The notes beneath the pieces were generated by a model, which searched no databases, was not told the DNA's origin, and was given only the letters and a program-made list of their open reading frames with translations. From an uncultured Geobacter sp. (lineage in GTDB: Bacteria; Desulfobacterota; Desulfuromonadia; Geobacterales; Pseudopelobacteraceae), in the NCBI GenBank assembly GCA_964655435.1, contig CAZZMP010000004.1, positions 18,544-82,543 on the forward strand: 64,000 nucleotides of DNA. Direction: 5' to 3'. A program made the position numbers and the translations under genes. Below, one piece after another: positions 63,947-64,000 of the stretch; position 1 is the stretch's first letter, and each line of letters opens with the position of its first letter.

Positions 63947-64000
63947 ATGCCTGAAAACAAACCTCTCATGGATACCCTGATGAAGGCGATTGAACTGGAA
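63947..64000 (+). CDS. Start of an unidentified CDS (runs off window)
   Basis: AAGGAG SD then ATG 63947 (MPENKPLMDTLMKAIELE...). Open to the window end. Confidence 0.4.
   Translation, partial: MPENKPLMDTLMKAIELE

Overview
64-kb chromosomal window. Gene content (sigma-54 activators, a futalosine-pathway radical-SAM enzyme, many PAS/HDOD/c-di-GMP signalling genes) suggests a Desulfobacterota-type genome, but that is inference only. There is no rRNA and no CRISPR. Layout: (1) 1-8.8 kb is a signalling cluster: HDOD protein, REC-GGDEF-EAL regulator, SBP/PAS histidine kinase, MCP and an NtrC-type activator. (2) 9.1-11.5 kb holds three toxin-antitoxin/Abi modules. (3) 11.7-19.25 kb is an AT-rich minor-pilin/PilY1 operon behind a sigma-54-type promoter. 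(4) 19.3-21 kb is decayed mobile/TA debris: a Y1-transposase stub, a 49-bp tandem duplication, a DUF433 stub, a Uma2 gene, and a truncated ccdB beside an intact ccdA. (5) 21-28.7 kb is housekeeping, including surE-pcm-rpoS-like-apt. (6) 28.7-41.1 kb is a sharply bounded 12.35-kb integrative island in tRNA-Arg(CCU). (7) 41.3-64 kb carries VapBC, two hybrid kinases plus HDOD, rluD-like, htrA-like, an mqn enzyme, lon, mlaE, serS, a WYL regulator, methyltransferases and a HAD hydrolase. The best candidates for something undescribed are all island cargo. First, a nine-gene operon built on seven copies of one zinc-ribbon motif fused to different modules (AIM24, DUF2628-like TM, pilin-like, LprI) plus an amidase, divergent from an XRE repressor. 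Second, a standalone FtsH-like HEXXH protease separated from that repressor by 1.07 kb of ORF-free, GC-rich, hairpin-dense DNA with G/C tracts and a covarying duplicated hairpin. Third, a mini-kinase/PRTase gene pair. All domain calls come from motif recognition by eye and need HMM or structure confirmation.
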